NCBI GenBank assembly: GCA_044220955.1
Contig: JBGAQA010000015.1
Coordinates: 1 to 64,000, forward strand
DNA from: Sandaracinaceae bacterium
Lineage (GTDB): Bacteria; Myxococcota_A; Polyangia; Polyangiales; Sandaracinaceae
Direction of reading: 5' to 3'
Length of the DNA stretch: 64,000 bases
In this document: positions 19,628 to 29,628 of the stretch, one piece after another
How the letters are laid out: every line of letters starts with the position of its first letter
Position numbering within the stretch: the first letter of the stretch is position 1
Made by a program: the position numbers and the translations under genes
Notes under the pieces: model-generated
Seen by the model: the letters and a program-made list of their open reading frames with translations, nothing else
Told to the model about the DNA's origin: nothing
Database searches by the model: none

Positions 19628-21118
19628 ATGCCGCCGGTGGCCGCGGTCCTTCTCGCCTGGTCGGCGATCGCGATGTACGCGTGCCTGTTCCACGGGGCGC
19701 TCTACGTCTATCGGCGCGCGCGCGCCCGCGGCCACCTCGCGTATGCCCTGCTCTGCGCGACGCACGTGGGCTACGCGTACGCGCTCTTCCTCGGGCTGCG
19801 CGCGGAGACGAGCGCCGCTGCGGCGGACGCGCTCGAGGTCTTCATCGCGGCCGGGCTCTTGATGGCCGCCGCCTTCTTCCAGTTCGCCGTGACCATCGGC
19901 GAGTCCAGCCTCGCGCGCTTGGCCCCGGCGGCCTGGACCTCGATGGTGGTGGGCGCGCTGGCGGCGGCCCTCGGCCTCGGCGCGCAGGCGCCGACGTCGG
20001 AGCGCTGGCAGCCGGCGGGCTTCGGATTCGAGGCCGAGCGCCTCGTCGCCTTGCCGACGACCATCGGGGCCCTCTTCGCGTTCGTCGCGATCGCCTGGTC
20101 GACGGCCGGTCTGTTCACGCTCTTCCGCGGCGCGCGCGACGGGACGGAGGCCCGCCTCGTCGCGCTCGCCGCGATCCCGGCGGTGCTGATCTCCGGATAC
20201 CAGGTCGCGGTCCGCGTCAGCGGCGGCACCGTCCCTTGGCTCTGCGATCTCACGTGCATCCCCATCGCGATCGCGTCGGGCCTGGTGCTCCTGCGCCGCT
20301 TCGCCGGCAGCGCGACGGACCTCGCGGCGCAGTCGATCGCGCTCGAGGAGCGCCACGAGCAGCTCCAGCGGACCCAGGACGCGCTCGTCCGCAAGCAGCA
20401 GCTCGCCGCCGTCGGCGAGCTCTCGGCCGTCATCGCGCACGAGGTGCGCAACCCCCTGGCCATCCTCAAGAACGCGGTGTCCGGGCTGCGCCAGCGGGCG
20501 CTCGGCGCGGACGACCGCCGCGTGCTGCTCGGGATCGTGAACGAGGAGACCGATCGTCTCGCCCGCCTCGTGCGCGATCTGCTCGCGTACGCGCGCCCGC
20601 TCTCCCCCGTCCGCGCGCCCACGAAGCTGCGCGAGCTCGTCGAGCGCGCGTGGTCCGACGGACGCCTCGCGCGGGCGCGCGGCGAGGCGGAGATCGAGAT
20701 CGAGGTGGAGCCGGGCGCGGCGGTGATGGTGGACCGGGAGCACGCCAACTACGCCATCGTGAACGTGATCGACAACGCCCTGGTCGCCATGAACGGCAAG
20801 GGAACGCTGATCGTCCGCGCCCGCCCGGCGAGCCTCGACGCGGGCGCGCCGGCCATCGCGCTCGAGGTGATCGACACCGGCGCCGGCATGGACCCGCAGG
20901 TGCTGGGCAAGGCTCGCGATCCATTCTTCACGACGCGCCCCTCGGGCACCGGCCTCGGCCTCGCCATCGTCGAGCGCGTGATGCGCGGCCACGAGGGAAC
21001 GCTCGACATGCACAGCTCGCCCGGGCGCGGCACGTCGGTCCGCCTGACCTTCCCCGCGTGGGCGCCGGCCGGCGCCGAGGTGCCCCGCCCGAGCTTGCTC
21101 GCCGAGCTCGGGCCATGA
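19628..21118 (+). CDS. sensor histidine kinase with ~7 TM input domain
   Basis: H-box AHEVRNPL; N, D (DTGAG), F and G (GTGLGL) boxes. Confidence 0.93.
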   Translation: MPPVAAVLLAWSAIAMYACLFHGALYVYRRARARGHLAYALLCATHVGYAYALFLGLRAETSAAAADALEVFIAAGLLMAAAFFQFAVTIGESSLARLAPAAWTSMVVGALAAALGLGAQAPTSERWQPAGFGFEAERLVALPTTIGALFAFVAIAWSTAGLFTLFRGARDGTEARLVALAAIPAVLISGYQVAVRVSGGTVPWLCDLTCIPIAIASGLVLLRRFAGSATDLAAQSIALEERHEQLQRTQDALVRKQQLAAVGELSAVIAHEVRNPLAILKNAVSGLRQRALGADDRRVLLGIVNEETDRLARLVRDLLAYARPLSPVRAPTKLRELVERAWSDGRLARARGEAEIEIEVEPGAAVMVDREHANYAIVNVIDNALVAMNGKGTLIVRARPASLDAGAPAIALEVIDTGAGMDPQVLGKARDPFFTTRPSGTGLGLAIVERVMRGHEGTLDMHSSPGRGTSVRLTFPAWAPAGAEVPRPSLLAELGP

Positions 21119-22572
21119 CGGTCACGCTCCGGGTCGCGCTCCAGATCGCCGAGGCCGGGCTCTTCGCCTACGTCGCGACCTGGTTCTGGACGCTCTACGC
21201 CCAGCGCGCGGCGGCCCGCGAGAACGGGCTCTTCGCGCTCGTCGCGTTCGGCGGAGCGGTGCACGCCCTCGGGACGGCGATGGTCGTCGGCGCGCACTCG
21301 CTCGCCGACGCCGCCCTCGGCCAGCGCCTCGTCCACTCCGGCGTGCTCGTCGCGACCGGCGCGCTGGCGCGCTTCATCGACGCGCTGACCGGGGCGAAGC
21401 TCGCGTGGAGCCGCCCCGCGGCAGGCACGCTCGGGCTCCTCGCCTGCGTGGCGCTCGCCGGCGGCTTCTTCGATCCGGGGCATCCCGCGGCGAGCTACGA
21501 CGAGTCCTGGGCCGCGACGCCGTCGGGCCGCCTCACGCCCGTCGGCGTGACCGGGCTCGCGCTGGGCGTGGTCGTCTTCCTCGCGGCGACGGCGAGCCTC
21601 GGACGCGCGGCGCGGCAGACGCCGCGCTTGCGCGCCGCCTTCCTGGCGATGCTGGTCCCGCTCGCCAGCGGCGCGTTCGACGTCGCGTCGCGCATCCTCG
21701 GTGGCCCGACGCTGCACCTCGCCGCTCTCGGTGGTGTGTTCCTCGTGGTGTCGATGAGCCACGTGCTGCTCGAGCGCCTGGTGGACATCGACACCGCGCT
21801 CGAGCGCAAGACCGCCGAGCTCGAGGCCGCGCACGCCACCCTGCGCGCCGCGGAAGCCACGCTCGTCCGCACCGAGCAGCTCGCGGCCGTCGGCGAGCTC
21901 TCGGCGGTCATCGCCCACGAGATCCGCAACCCGCTCGCCATCCTGAAGAACGCGGCGTCCGGCCTCTCGCGCGAGCGCCTCAGCGAGGTGGACCGCGAGA
22001 CCCTGCTGACGATCCTCGATCAGGAGGCGGACCGGCTCAACCGCCTCGTCAACGATCTGCTGGCCTACGCGAGCCCGCTCGTCCCGGACGCGACGCGGGT
22101 GGACCTGGTGGACCTGGTGCGCCGCGCCGCGCAGCTGGCCCTGGAGAGCCACGTGGCGCGCGACGACATCCGCGTCGAGGTCGTCGCCGACCCGGCGCCG
22201 CGTCAGGCCTGGGCGGACCCGGCGCTGCTGCGGCACGCGCTGATCAACATCGTCGACAACGCGATCCTCGCGATGCCCGCGGGGGGCAAGGTGACCATCC
22301 GCCTCGCCGACGTGGTGCGACGCGGCGGGCGCTACGTCGCGATCGCGTTCACGGACGAGGGCGAGGGCATGGACACCATCGTGCGCAAGCGCGCACGCGA
22401 CGTGTTCTTCACCACGCGCTCGAGCGGCACGGGTCTCGGGCTCGCGATCGTCGACCGCGTCGCGCGCGTCCACCGCGGCTTCGTCGAGATCGAGAGCCGT
22501 CACGGCCACGGCACGACGGTGACGCTCTACGTCCCGACCGATCCCGGCTCGGCACCGCCGCCGCCGTCGTGA
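21115..22572 (+). CDS. paralogous sensor histidine kinase with ~7 TM input domain
   Basis: ATGA overlap; AHEIRNPL, DEGEG, GTGLGL. Confidence 0.93.
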   Translation: MTVTLRVALQIAEAGLFAYVATWFWTLYAQRAAARENGLFALVAFGGAVHALGTAMVVGAHSLADAALGQRLVHSGVLVATGALARFIDALTGAKLAWSRPAAGTLGLLACVALAGGFFDPGHPAASYDESWAATPSGRLTPVGVTGLALGVVVFLAATASLGRAARQTPRLRAAFLAMLVPLASGAFDVASRILGGPTLHLAALGGVFLVVSMSHVLLERLVDIDTALERKTAELEAAHATLRAAEATLVRTEQLAAVGELSAVIAHEIRNPLAILKNAASGLSRERLSEVDRETLLTILDQEADRLNRLVNDLLAYASPLVPDATRVDLVDLVRRAAQLALESHVARDDIRVEVVADPAPRQAWADPALLRHALINIVDNAILAMPAGGKVTIRLADVVRRGGRYVAIAFTDEGEGMDTIVRKRARDVFFTTRSSGTGLGLAIVDRVARVHRGFVEIESRHGHGTTVTLYVPTDPGSAPPPPS

Positions 22573-22668
22573 ATCGGCATGGGGGCGGCAACCATTTCGC
22601 CCGCCGTCGTCGGTTCAGGGACCGCCTTTGAGTTCAGAACCTGGCTCCGACCTCGACCGGCCGCGCCC

Positions 22669-24429
22669 TCAACGGGCGTCGAGCACGTCGCGCACGCGGC
22701 GCAGCAGATCCTCGGGCGTGAACGGTTTCTGCAGGAACACCAGCCCGGCGTCGAGGACGCCGTGGTGCACGATGGCGTTCTCCGTGTAGCCGCTCAGGTA
22801 GAGAACAGGCAGATCGGGGTGCTTCTCGAGCACCTTCGTCGCGAGCTCGCGTCCACCCATCTGCGGCATCACCACGTCGGTGACGAGGAGATCCAGCTGA
22901 TCGTCGGCGCTGGCGAGCTTCAAGAGCGCGTCGGCGCCGTTGGCCGCCTCGATCACGGAGTAGCCCGCCGAGTTCAACGTACGCACCAGCAGGCGGCGCA
23001 CGGCGGCCTCGTCTTCGACGACCAGGATTCGCTCGTCGCCGCCGACCGGGCGCTGCGACGGCCGTCGGCCAGGCAGGGGCTGCGCCTCGCCGTCCACCCG
23101 CGGCAGGTAGATCTTGAACGTCGTGCCCTTGCCGAGCTCGCTGTACACCCAGATGTGACCATGGGCCTGCCGGACGATGCCGTACACCGTCGCCAGCCCC
23201 AGGCCGGTCCCCTTGCCCACGGGCTTGGTGGTGAAGAAGGGCTCGAACACGCGCACCCGCACCTCCTCGCGCATGCCGATGCCGGTGTCGCTGACCCCGA
23301 GGAACACGTAGTCGCCCGCCACGACCTCCGGGTGCTCGCGCGCGTAGGCCTCGTCCAGCGTGACGTTCTGCGTCTCGAGCGTGAGCTTGCCCCCGTCGGG
23401 CATCGCGTCGCGCGCGTTCACCGCCAGGTTGATCAGGACCTGCTCGATCTGGCTCGGATCGACCTCGACGGACCACACGGCCGGGACGAGCACCTTCTGG
23501 ATCTCGATGTCCTCCCCGAGCAGGCGCGTGAGCATGCGATCGGTCTGGCGGACCAGGTCGTTCACGTCCACGCGCATCGGCTCGATCACCTGCCGACGCG
23601 AGAACGCCAGGAGCTGACGCGTGAGCGCGGCGGCCCTGTCCGCGGAGACGCGGATCTCGTCCATATCCTCGTGGGCCGGCGAGTCCTCGGGCAGCGCGTG
23701 CTTGGCGAGCTCGGCGTTGCCGATGATGGCGGCGAGCACGTTGTTGAAGTCGTGGGCGATGCCTCCGGCCAGCTTGCCGACGGCCTCCATCCGCTGCGTC
23801 GCCCGCAGACGCTCCTCGTAGCGCTGGCGCTCGCTGATGTCGCGGATCACGACGATCGACTCGGCCTCTCCGTCGCCCCGCGAGCGGCTCCGGTTGTACT
23901 CCACGGGCCTCTCGCTGCCGTCGGAGCGAAGCGCGCGTCGCAGCGTCGGCTGACCCTCCGTCGGCGTGGAGAGCAGGCTCTCCCATCGGCGGCCGATCAG
24001 CTCCCGGTTCGCGAGGCCGAAGAGCGCGCTGGCCGCCGCGTTGGCGTAGGCGATGCGCCCGCCGGCGCCCACGAGCAGCGTGCAGTCGGGCGCCGCCTCG
24101 AGCGTGGACTCGAACAGGAGCCGCGCGCGCAGGTGGCGCGCGAGCAGGACCGCGAAGAGCCAGATCGCCGCGACGGAGAGGCCGCGGTTGGCGAGCGTGA
24201 GGGTGAGGTCCGGGCCCTGCCGGCCGAGCACGGTGTCGGCCACGGTGAGCGCGGTCGCGACCGCCGCGTGCGCCACGGGGTGCCAGCCCACCCGCGACGA
24301 GAACAGGACCGCGAGCGTGGCGACGTAGAGGACTCCGAGGGCGTAGCCGCCGGGAACGACGAGGTCGGCGCCGAAGACGAGCCCGGTGAGCGCGAGCGAG
24401 ACGATCAGCGGCCGGTGCTCGGGGCTCAC
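22669..24429 (-). CDS. hybrid histidine kinase (TM-PAS-HisKA-HATPase-REC, CckA-like)
   Basis: GGIAHDFNN, NLAVNARDAM, GTGLGLA, VTDVVMP, FLQKPF; GTGA overlap. Confidence 0.93.
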   Translation of the reverse strand: MSPEHRPLIVSLALTGLVFGADLVVPGGYALGVLYVATLAVLFSSRVGWHPVAHAAVATALTVADTVLGRQGPDLTLTLANRGLSVAAIWLFAVLLARHLRARLLFESTLEAAPDCTLLVGAGGRIAYANAAASALFGLANRELIGRRWESLLSTPTEGQPTLRRALRSDGSERPVEYNRSRSRGDGEAESIVVIRDISERQRYEERLRATQRMEAVGKLAGGIAHDFNNVLAAIIGNAELAKHALPEDSPAHEDMDEIRVSADRAAALTRQLLAFSRRQVIEPMRVDVNDLVRQTDRMLTRLLGEDIEIQKVLVPAVWSVEVDPSQIEQVLINLAVNARDAMPDGGKLTLETQNVTLDEAYAREHPEVVAGDYVFLGVSDTGIGMREEVRVRVFEPFFTTKPVGKGTGLGLATVYGIVRQAHGHIWVYSELGKGTTFKIYLPRVDGEAQPLPGRRPSQRPVGGDERILVVEDEAAVRRLLVRTLNSAGYSVIEAANGADALLKLASADDQLDLLVTDVVMPQMGGRELATKVLEKHPDLPVLYLSGYTENAIVHHGVLDAGLVFLQKPFTPEDLLRRVRDVLDAR

Positions 24430-24776
24430 AGCCCGTGCAGCATTGCACGGACGCGGGTCACCAGATCCGACGGACCGAAGGGCTTCGCGAGGAAGGCCCG
24501 TCCGGCAGGGCCGTCGCAGCCCGACGTGAAGAGCACCCGCAGCCCCGAGTTGCGCGTCGTCAACTGGGCGGCGAGCTCCGGGCCGTCCATGCCGGGCATG
24601 TCGACGTCGGTCACCAGTAGCATCGGCCGGGACGCGGTCTTGGCGGCGATCTCGAGCGCCACGGGACCGCTGGGGGCCTCGAGCACGTCGAACCCCGCGC
24701 GGGTGAGGGCGCGGACCATCGTCCGCCGGAGCGCGTCGTTGTCGTCGACCACCATGACCGTCGCGCGCGCTTCCAT
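24426..24776 (-). CDS. single-domain response regulator
   Basis: VMVVDDN...VTDVDMPGMDG...FLAKPF. Confidence 0.9.
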   Translation of the reverse strand: MEARATVMVVDDNDALRRTMVRALTRAGFDVLEAPSGPVALEIAAKTASRPMLLVTDVDMPGMDGPELAAQLTTRNSGLRVLFTSGCDGPAGRAFLAKPFGPSDLVTRVRAMLHGL

Positions 24777-24922
24777 CTCGCTCTCCGCGCTCGTCGGTGT
24801 AGCGCGGCGCTCGCCCATCGGCCGCGAGAAGCGCCGAACGAGACGAGCGCACGCAAAGGCGCGGGCGCGGCGTGCTCTTGCACACGCACTCCCGCGCCGG
24901 CACCCGGACCTCCGCCTGCGCG

Positions 24923-26872
24923 CTACGTCCCCGCCGAGCCTCGTGAGCTCGAACCGGGCGCCCGCGGTCGATCCTCCTCGACGAAGACCGGGCTCGACCA
25001 GGCCATCTCGCCGTCGGCGGTCACCACGCGCGCGTACCACCAGCCCGCGCCGACCTCGCAGGCGAGCGACGCCTCCAGCGCGTCGGGCATCGTCTCGGCG
25101 CGAGCACCATCGGCGCCGATCACCGACAGGTGCGCGATGGGGCGCGCCGCGCCGGCCCGGACCCGTAGCTGCACCCTCCCCGCATCGCTCGCACGCACGG
25201 CCGCGCCCATCGGCGCCCCGTCCGCGTCGACGTCGAGGAAGATCGGCACGCCGCTCGTCGCGTAGCAGCGGCGGGCACGCAGGGCCTCGAAGATCGCCTC
25301 GCGCGTGCGCTCGCGAGCGAGCACGGCCGTGAGCCCCGTGCGGAATGGATCGCGCTTGCGGGCGACCCCGTGATGCCGGAGCAGTCCGTGTCCATCGGAG
25401 CAGGCGATGAAGCCGAAGCGCCGCCCGCGCGAGAGCACGCGCTCGATCATCTGATCGCGAAGATCGCCTCGCTGCCCGAGGGGATGCCCCTCGGTGAGGT
25501 AGCACCCGTGGCAGGAGCAGATCTCCCAGACCGGCTGGATCTCCGGGTCGTGGGCCGCCTCGTCCGCGCCCGTCCAGCCCACGTGGTGCGGCACGGCGAT
25601 GGCGCCCGTGCCGCGCAGGCGCGAGGCGAGCCCCTCGCCCGTCGGCTCGACGTCGCGCGACACGATCGCGTGAGGCCGCGCGGCGTACACGACCTTGTGA
25701 CCGGGCCCCGGGTGGGCCCGCCCGGTCCACTCGTACGCGTGCAGCGTGGCGAACGCGCCGGGATCGTCGTGCGCGTCCGCGGTCGCGGCGAGCAGCTTCC
25801 ACTCGCCGGGTGAGACGCGCTTGCCCAGGAAGGACTCGTGGTCGGAGAGCGCCGCGAAGTCGTCCCCGTAGACCCAGCGCGCACGCAGGTAGGGCTCGTC
25901 GGCCGTGCCGCATCCGTCGGAGTGAGCGCTGTGCTGGTGGATGTCGCCGAAGAGCGTGCGCAGGCCACGCGCGGCCGCGGGATCGGCGCACGAGGGCCGA
26001 GGCGGCACGTCGCGGTGGGGACGCGCCGGGTGCACGACGAGCGCAGGCGCCAGGGCCGGAGCCCCCTCGAGGGTGCGCGAGATCATCGAGACCACGATGC
26101 CGGGGCGCTCGCGACGGGCGAGGAGGAGCTCGCCGGGTCCGAGCTCGAGGGCCGCGACGCGGCGGCCACGACAGCCCCACGTGCCCTCGCCGAGCGGAGT
26201 GCGCTCACCGAAGCCGCGCGCGTCGAGGTGCTGCGCGTAGAAGCGGTGCGAGCCGCGCCCGAGGAGCGTGACGCCGCCCGCGGCGTGCGGCGCGAGCGAC
26301 GGCAGCTCGAAGCCTTGTTCCTCGCCCTCGCGATCGCGATCGCGATCGCGCATCGGCGCCGTCGGCTCGAGCACCGCGCCGCCGTCGGTGACGAAGCGCA
26401 GTGCGATCCACTTCGTCAGGTCCGGCTCGCCCGTGTCCTCACGTAAGTTGTGGTGGAACGCGACCCACGTGCCGCCCTCGGCCCGGGCGATGGCCGGCGC
26501 GGCCGCGGTGGCCGCCGCTTCCCAGACCAGCGTCCGCTGCTCGCCGCGGCGGAGCTCGACGCGGGAGCGCCCCGCCTCGCGGGCGATCGAGACGCGCTCC
26601 TGGCCCTCCGTCGCGTCGTCGCGCCGCGGTCCTGCGACGCGCGCGGGCTCGGAGCGGCCCCATCCGAGCGCCTCGATCGCGGCGGCCTCCCCGAGCACGA
26701 CGGGGGCCCCGAGCGCGAGCGGGGCGAGCGTCACGGGCAGCGCGAGGTGCTGCTCGACGCCGCGCTCCGGGAGCCAGGCGAGGACGTGCAGCCGCGCACC
26801 GCCCGGCGCGCGCTCGAGCCGCGCATCGCGCACGTATCGATCGGCTGCCTGCGGGAGGAGGACGTCGCCCAC
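24923..26872 (-). CDS. PHP-like metallohydrolase (CehA/McbA / DUF3604-like); start uncertain (26872 or 26911)
   Basis: GDIHQHSAHSDG, SDHE, YEWT, PHH, GFIACSDGH, CYATSG. Confidence 0.8.
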   Translation of the reverse strand: MGDVLLPQAADRYVRDARLERAPGGARLHVLAWLPERGVEQHLALPVTLAPLALGAPVVLGEAAAIEALGWGRSEPARVAGPRRDDATEGQERVSIAREAGRSRVELRRGEQRTLVWEAAATAAAPAIARAEGGTWVAFHHNLREDTGEPDLTKWIALRFVTDGGAVLEPTAPMRDRDRDREGEEQGFELPSLAPHAAGGVTLLGRGSHRFYAQHLDARGFGERTPLGEGTWGCRGRRVAALELGPGELLLARRERPGIVVSMISRTLEGAPALAPALVVHPARPHRDVPPRPSCADPAAARGLRTLFGDIHQHSAHSDGCGTADEPYLRARWVYGDDFAALSDHESFLGKRVSPGEWKLLAATADAHDDPGAFATLHAYEWTGRAHPGPGHKVVYAARPHAIVSRDVEPTGEGLASRLRGTGAIAVPHHVGWTGADEAAHDPEIQPVWEICSCHGCYLTEGHPLGQRGDLRDQMIERVLSRGRRFGFIACSDGHGLLRHHGVARKRDPFRTGLTAVLARERTREAIFEALRARRCYATSGVPIFLDVDADGAPMGAAVRASDAGRVQLRVRAGAARPIAHLSVIGADGARAETMPDALEASLACEVGAGWWYARVVTADGEMAWSSPVFVEEDRPRAPGSSSRGSAGT

Positions 26873-27009
26873 GTCCCGTCGATGGCACGGGCGCCGGGCG
26901 AGAGCCAACAAACCGGCGGGGGGCCGCGCCGATCACGCTCGCGCGCGAGCGCTCCTGCGGCCTGCGCGAGCGCGTGCAGTCCCGTGGCGGGCGCAGCGCG
27001 GCGGCCGCT

Positions 27010-29628
27010 TCACATCGCGCCAGACCCGGCGCTCGGCACCGGCAGGTACGCCGCGTCGAGCGGGAGCACGACGTCCTCGAAGGTGACCAGCGAGGTGAGG
27101 CGATCGAACGCGTAGCCGGGGATCTGCACGTTGATGCCGATCGGCACGGACGCGATCACGCCGTCGGCGAGATCGAGCTGGGCCCGGTCGGCGATCTGGA
27201 ACGCCATCGCGTCCACCCGCGAGACGGCGAAGCGCACGACCCGGACCTCGGCGAACCGCGAGGCCCCGATCCCCACGCTCGTCCCGACCCCGGGACACGT
27301 GCTCGTCGCGCACTCGGCGTCGAGCACGTCACGGACGACGACGTCGCCGAGCGTGGTCGTGCCACCGCTCGTGCTGCAGATGCCGCAGGTGTGCGTGCGC
27401 TCGACGAGCGCGCGGGCGAGAGAGAACGTGGCGGCCACGGACACGACGCCGGCCCCCGCGGTGCCGTCGAGCGCGCGGCCCCGGACGTCGCGCACCACGA
27501 GATCGTGGACGTCCACGGCCTGCGCCGCGTCGTTGCCGTAGACGAAGAGGCCCGCGTCGTGGACGTCCGAGATGCGCACGTGAGCCAGCGCGACGTGGGC
27601 GCGCTGGACGACGACGCCTCGCCCGAAGCGCTGGTCGCGCCCGTCGCTCGAGACGTCGCGGACCGAGACGTGCTCGCCCGTGCCCGAGCCTCCGATCCAC
27701 GCGAGGCCGACCTCGCGGACGTCCTCGATCGCCACACGCACGAGGTCCGCTCGGCCGTCCTCGATCGACACGCCGCGACCGCTCGCGTGATCCCAGGGTC
27801 GCTCGTGCACGTGGCGCACGACGAGGTCGCTCGCCCGGAGTACCGGTGGAGCTGCGCCCTCCGCGTGTGGCGCGAAGACGCCCTGGCCGCGGGCGTCCTC
27901 GACGAGCGCCCGCGCGAGCACGAGCGTCCCGCCGTTCTCGACGTCGGCACCGACTCCGTCGTAGGGCGCGCGCGAGCCCGCTCCGATGCGCCGGATGGCG
28001 ACGTCGTCGAACGACGCGCTCGCCGCGTTCACCAGCACGCCCGCGCTCGAGACATCCTCGACGCGCACGCGGAGCCCGGTGAGCACCGTGCCCGCGCCAG
28101 CCACGAACACGCCGACCCCGTAGGGCCCCAGCACGCGCGTGACGCCCGTCACCGTGAGATCCGAGAGCGTCGCGTGGCCGCCGTCCTCGACGCGGACGCC
28201 GATACCGTGCGCAGAAGCGATTGACGCGCGCGTCGCCGAGAGCGTCCCGCCCCTCACGACGACGGCGTCGGCGTCGGCACCGTCGAGCTCGAGGGCGCGC
28301 TCGACCACGAGATCGGTCGCGTCGACGGAGGCTCCGGCAGACACGGCCAGGCCCGCGCCGCCCGCGCCCACGATCGCGACCCGAGCGAGCGTCGCGCGAC
28401 CTGCCGTCGCGAGCCCGCCGGTCGCGGCGCGCACGCTCGACACGTCGCGCACGAGCACGTCCTCGAGGTCGATCCCGGCCGACGGATCGACGGCCACGCC
28501 GCCGCCGACCGCTCCCTCCACGACGACGCGCCGGAGCGTGGCCCGCGTCGTCGCGTCCCAGAGGCGGACGCCGGCGCTCGTGTCCGCCGTTCCGGTCGCC
28601 GCGAGCACGCCCCGGACCGCGCTGTCCTCGAGCACGAGCGAGGCGCCCATCCCCACGTAGACGCCTGCGTCGCGGCTCCGCTCGAGCGAGGCGCGCACGA
28701 CCGTCGCGCTCGCCCCGTGGCTCACGACGAGCGCGCGGCCACGGGTCCCGTCGGAGAGCGACGCCGTGTCCCGAAGGGCCAGCTCCGCCGCGTCGAGGTC
28801 GCTTCCGGTGCCGTCCACCTCGATCGCCCGGCCGCGCGCGCCCGCGATCACCACGCCTCGCACCCTGGCCGCGCCCCCCTGCACGACGATCCCCATGGAC
28901 GGTGTGGGCCCGACGCCGAGATCCTCGATCACCACGCCGGCGCTCGCGACCGTGATCGCGCCGACGGACTCGCCCGCCGACGACGGCACGATCACGGTGT
29001 CCCGGCTGCACGCGCCGCGCAGCGTGAGGGGCCGATCGAGGCGCACGGCCTCGTCGTAGGTGCCACGAGAGAGCGCCAGCAACGCCCCGTCGGGCGCGCT
29101 CGCGACGGCCTCGGCGATGGTCGCGTATGGCGCCGTGGCGCTCCCGTCCCCACCTGGCGCCGCGCCCGCGCGCACGTGCAGGATCACGGCGCCGGCGGGG
29201 AGGTCCGCCGGGTCGGCGCCCGCGGGACACGGGCGCCCCACGGCGACGCAGCCCGCCTCGCCCGGGAAGTGCGCCTCGCCGGCGCCACAGTCGACGGCGC
29301 CGGAGGTCGGCCACGGGTCGCAGTAGCTCGCCGCACCGTCGGACGTCGGCACGCTCCGCCAGCCGCTCGCGCACGGGAGCGAGGGCGTCGCGACGGGCGG
29401 CGCGCCCGCGGCGAGCCAGTCGAGGGCCGGCGGGTCTACGGTCGGCTCGCCCGCCGCGAGCCACGGGATCGTCGCGCCGACCGGGGGCCCCGCATCGGGG
29501 CGGACGTACCCGTCGGGGGCGCCCGCGTCGCTCCGCGCCGCGTCGGGCACCCGCGTGTGCACGTGCTCTGCGCAGGCGAGCAGAGGCAGCAAGAGGACCG
29601 CCGGCCAGAAGCGCCGCTCAGTAGGCAT
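27010..29628 (-). CDS. right-handed beta-helix lipoprotein (872 aa)
   Basis: LLAC lipobox; GDGSATAPYATIAEAV...GTY motif; long beta-helix repeats. Confidence 0.85.
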   Translation of the reverse strand: MPTERRFWPAVLLLPLLACAEHVHTRVPDAARSDAGAPDGYVRPDAGPPVGATIPWLAAGEPTVDPPALDWLAAGAPPVATPSLPCASGWRSVPTSDGAASYCDPWPTSGAVDCGAGEAHFPGEAGCVAVGRPCPAGADPADLPAGAVILHVRAGAAPGGDGSATAPYATIAEAVASAPDGALLALSRGTYDEAVRLDRPLTLRGACSRDTVIVPSSAGESVGAITVASAGVVIEDLGVGPTPSMGIVVQGGAARVRGVVIAGARGRAIEVDGTGSDLDAAELALRDTASLSDGTRGRALVVSHGASATVVRASLERSRDAGVYVGMGASLVLEDSAVRGVLAATGTADTSAGVRLWDATTRATLRRVVVEGAVGGGVAVDPSAGIDLEDVLVRDVSSVRAATGGLATAGRATLARVAIVGAGGAGLAVSAGASVDATDLVVERALELDGADADAVVVRGGTLSATRASIASAHGIGVRVEDGGHATLSDLTVTGVTRVLGPYGVGVFVAGAGTVLTGLRVRVEDVSSAGVLVNAASASFDDVAIRRIGAGSRAPYDGVGADVENGGTLVLARALVEDARGQGVFAPHAEGAAPPVLRASDLVVRHVHERPWDHASGRGVSIEDGRADLVRVAIEDVREVGLAWIGGSGTGEHVSVRDVSSDGRDQRFGRGVVVQRAHVALAHVRISDVHDAGLFVYGNDAAQAVDVHDLVVRDVRGRALDGTAGAGVVSVAATFSLARALVERTHTCGICSTSGGTTTLGDVVVRDVLDAECATSTCPGVGTSVGIGASRFAEVRVVRFAVSRVDAMAFQIADRAQLDLADGVIASVPIGINVQIPGYAFDRLTSLVTFEDVVLPLDAAYLPVPSAGSGAM

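Noticed and set aside
22573..22668. tRNA-like fragments (GCAACCA, GGTTCA/GAGTTCA) between convergent kinase genes
   Set aside because: I could not build a cloverleaf or a properly placed T-arm and there is no integrase nearby; tRNAscan/Infernal would settle it
24860..24900. Possible sigma54 promoter CGGCGTGCTCTTGCA
   Set aside because: GG-to-GC spacing is 9 rather than 10 nt and it points away from any gene start; more likely a simple hairpin
26330..26352. (CGATCG)n short repeat
   Set aside because: Simply encodes RDRDRD within the metallohydrolase; too short to support a separate function
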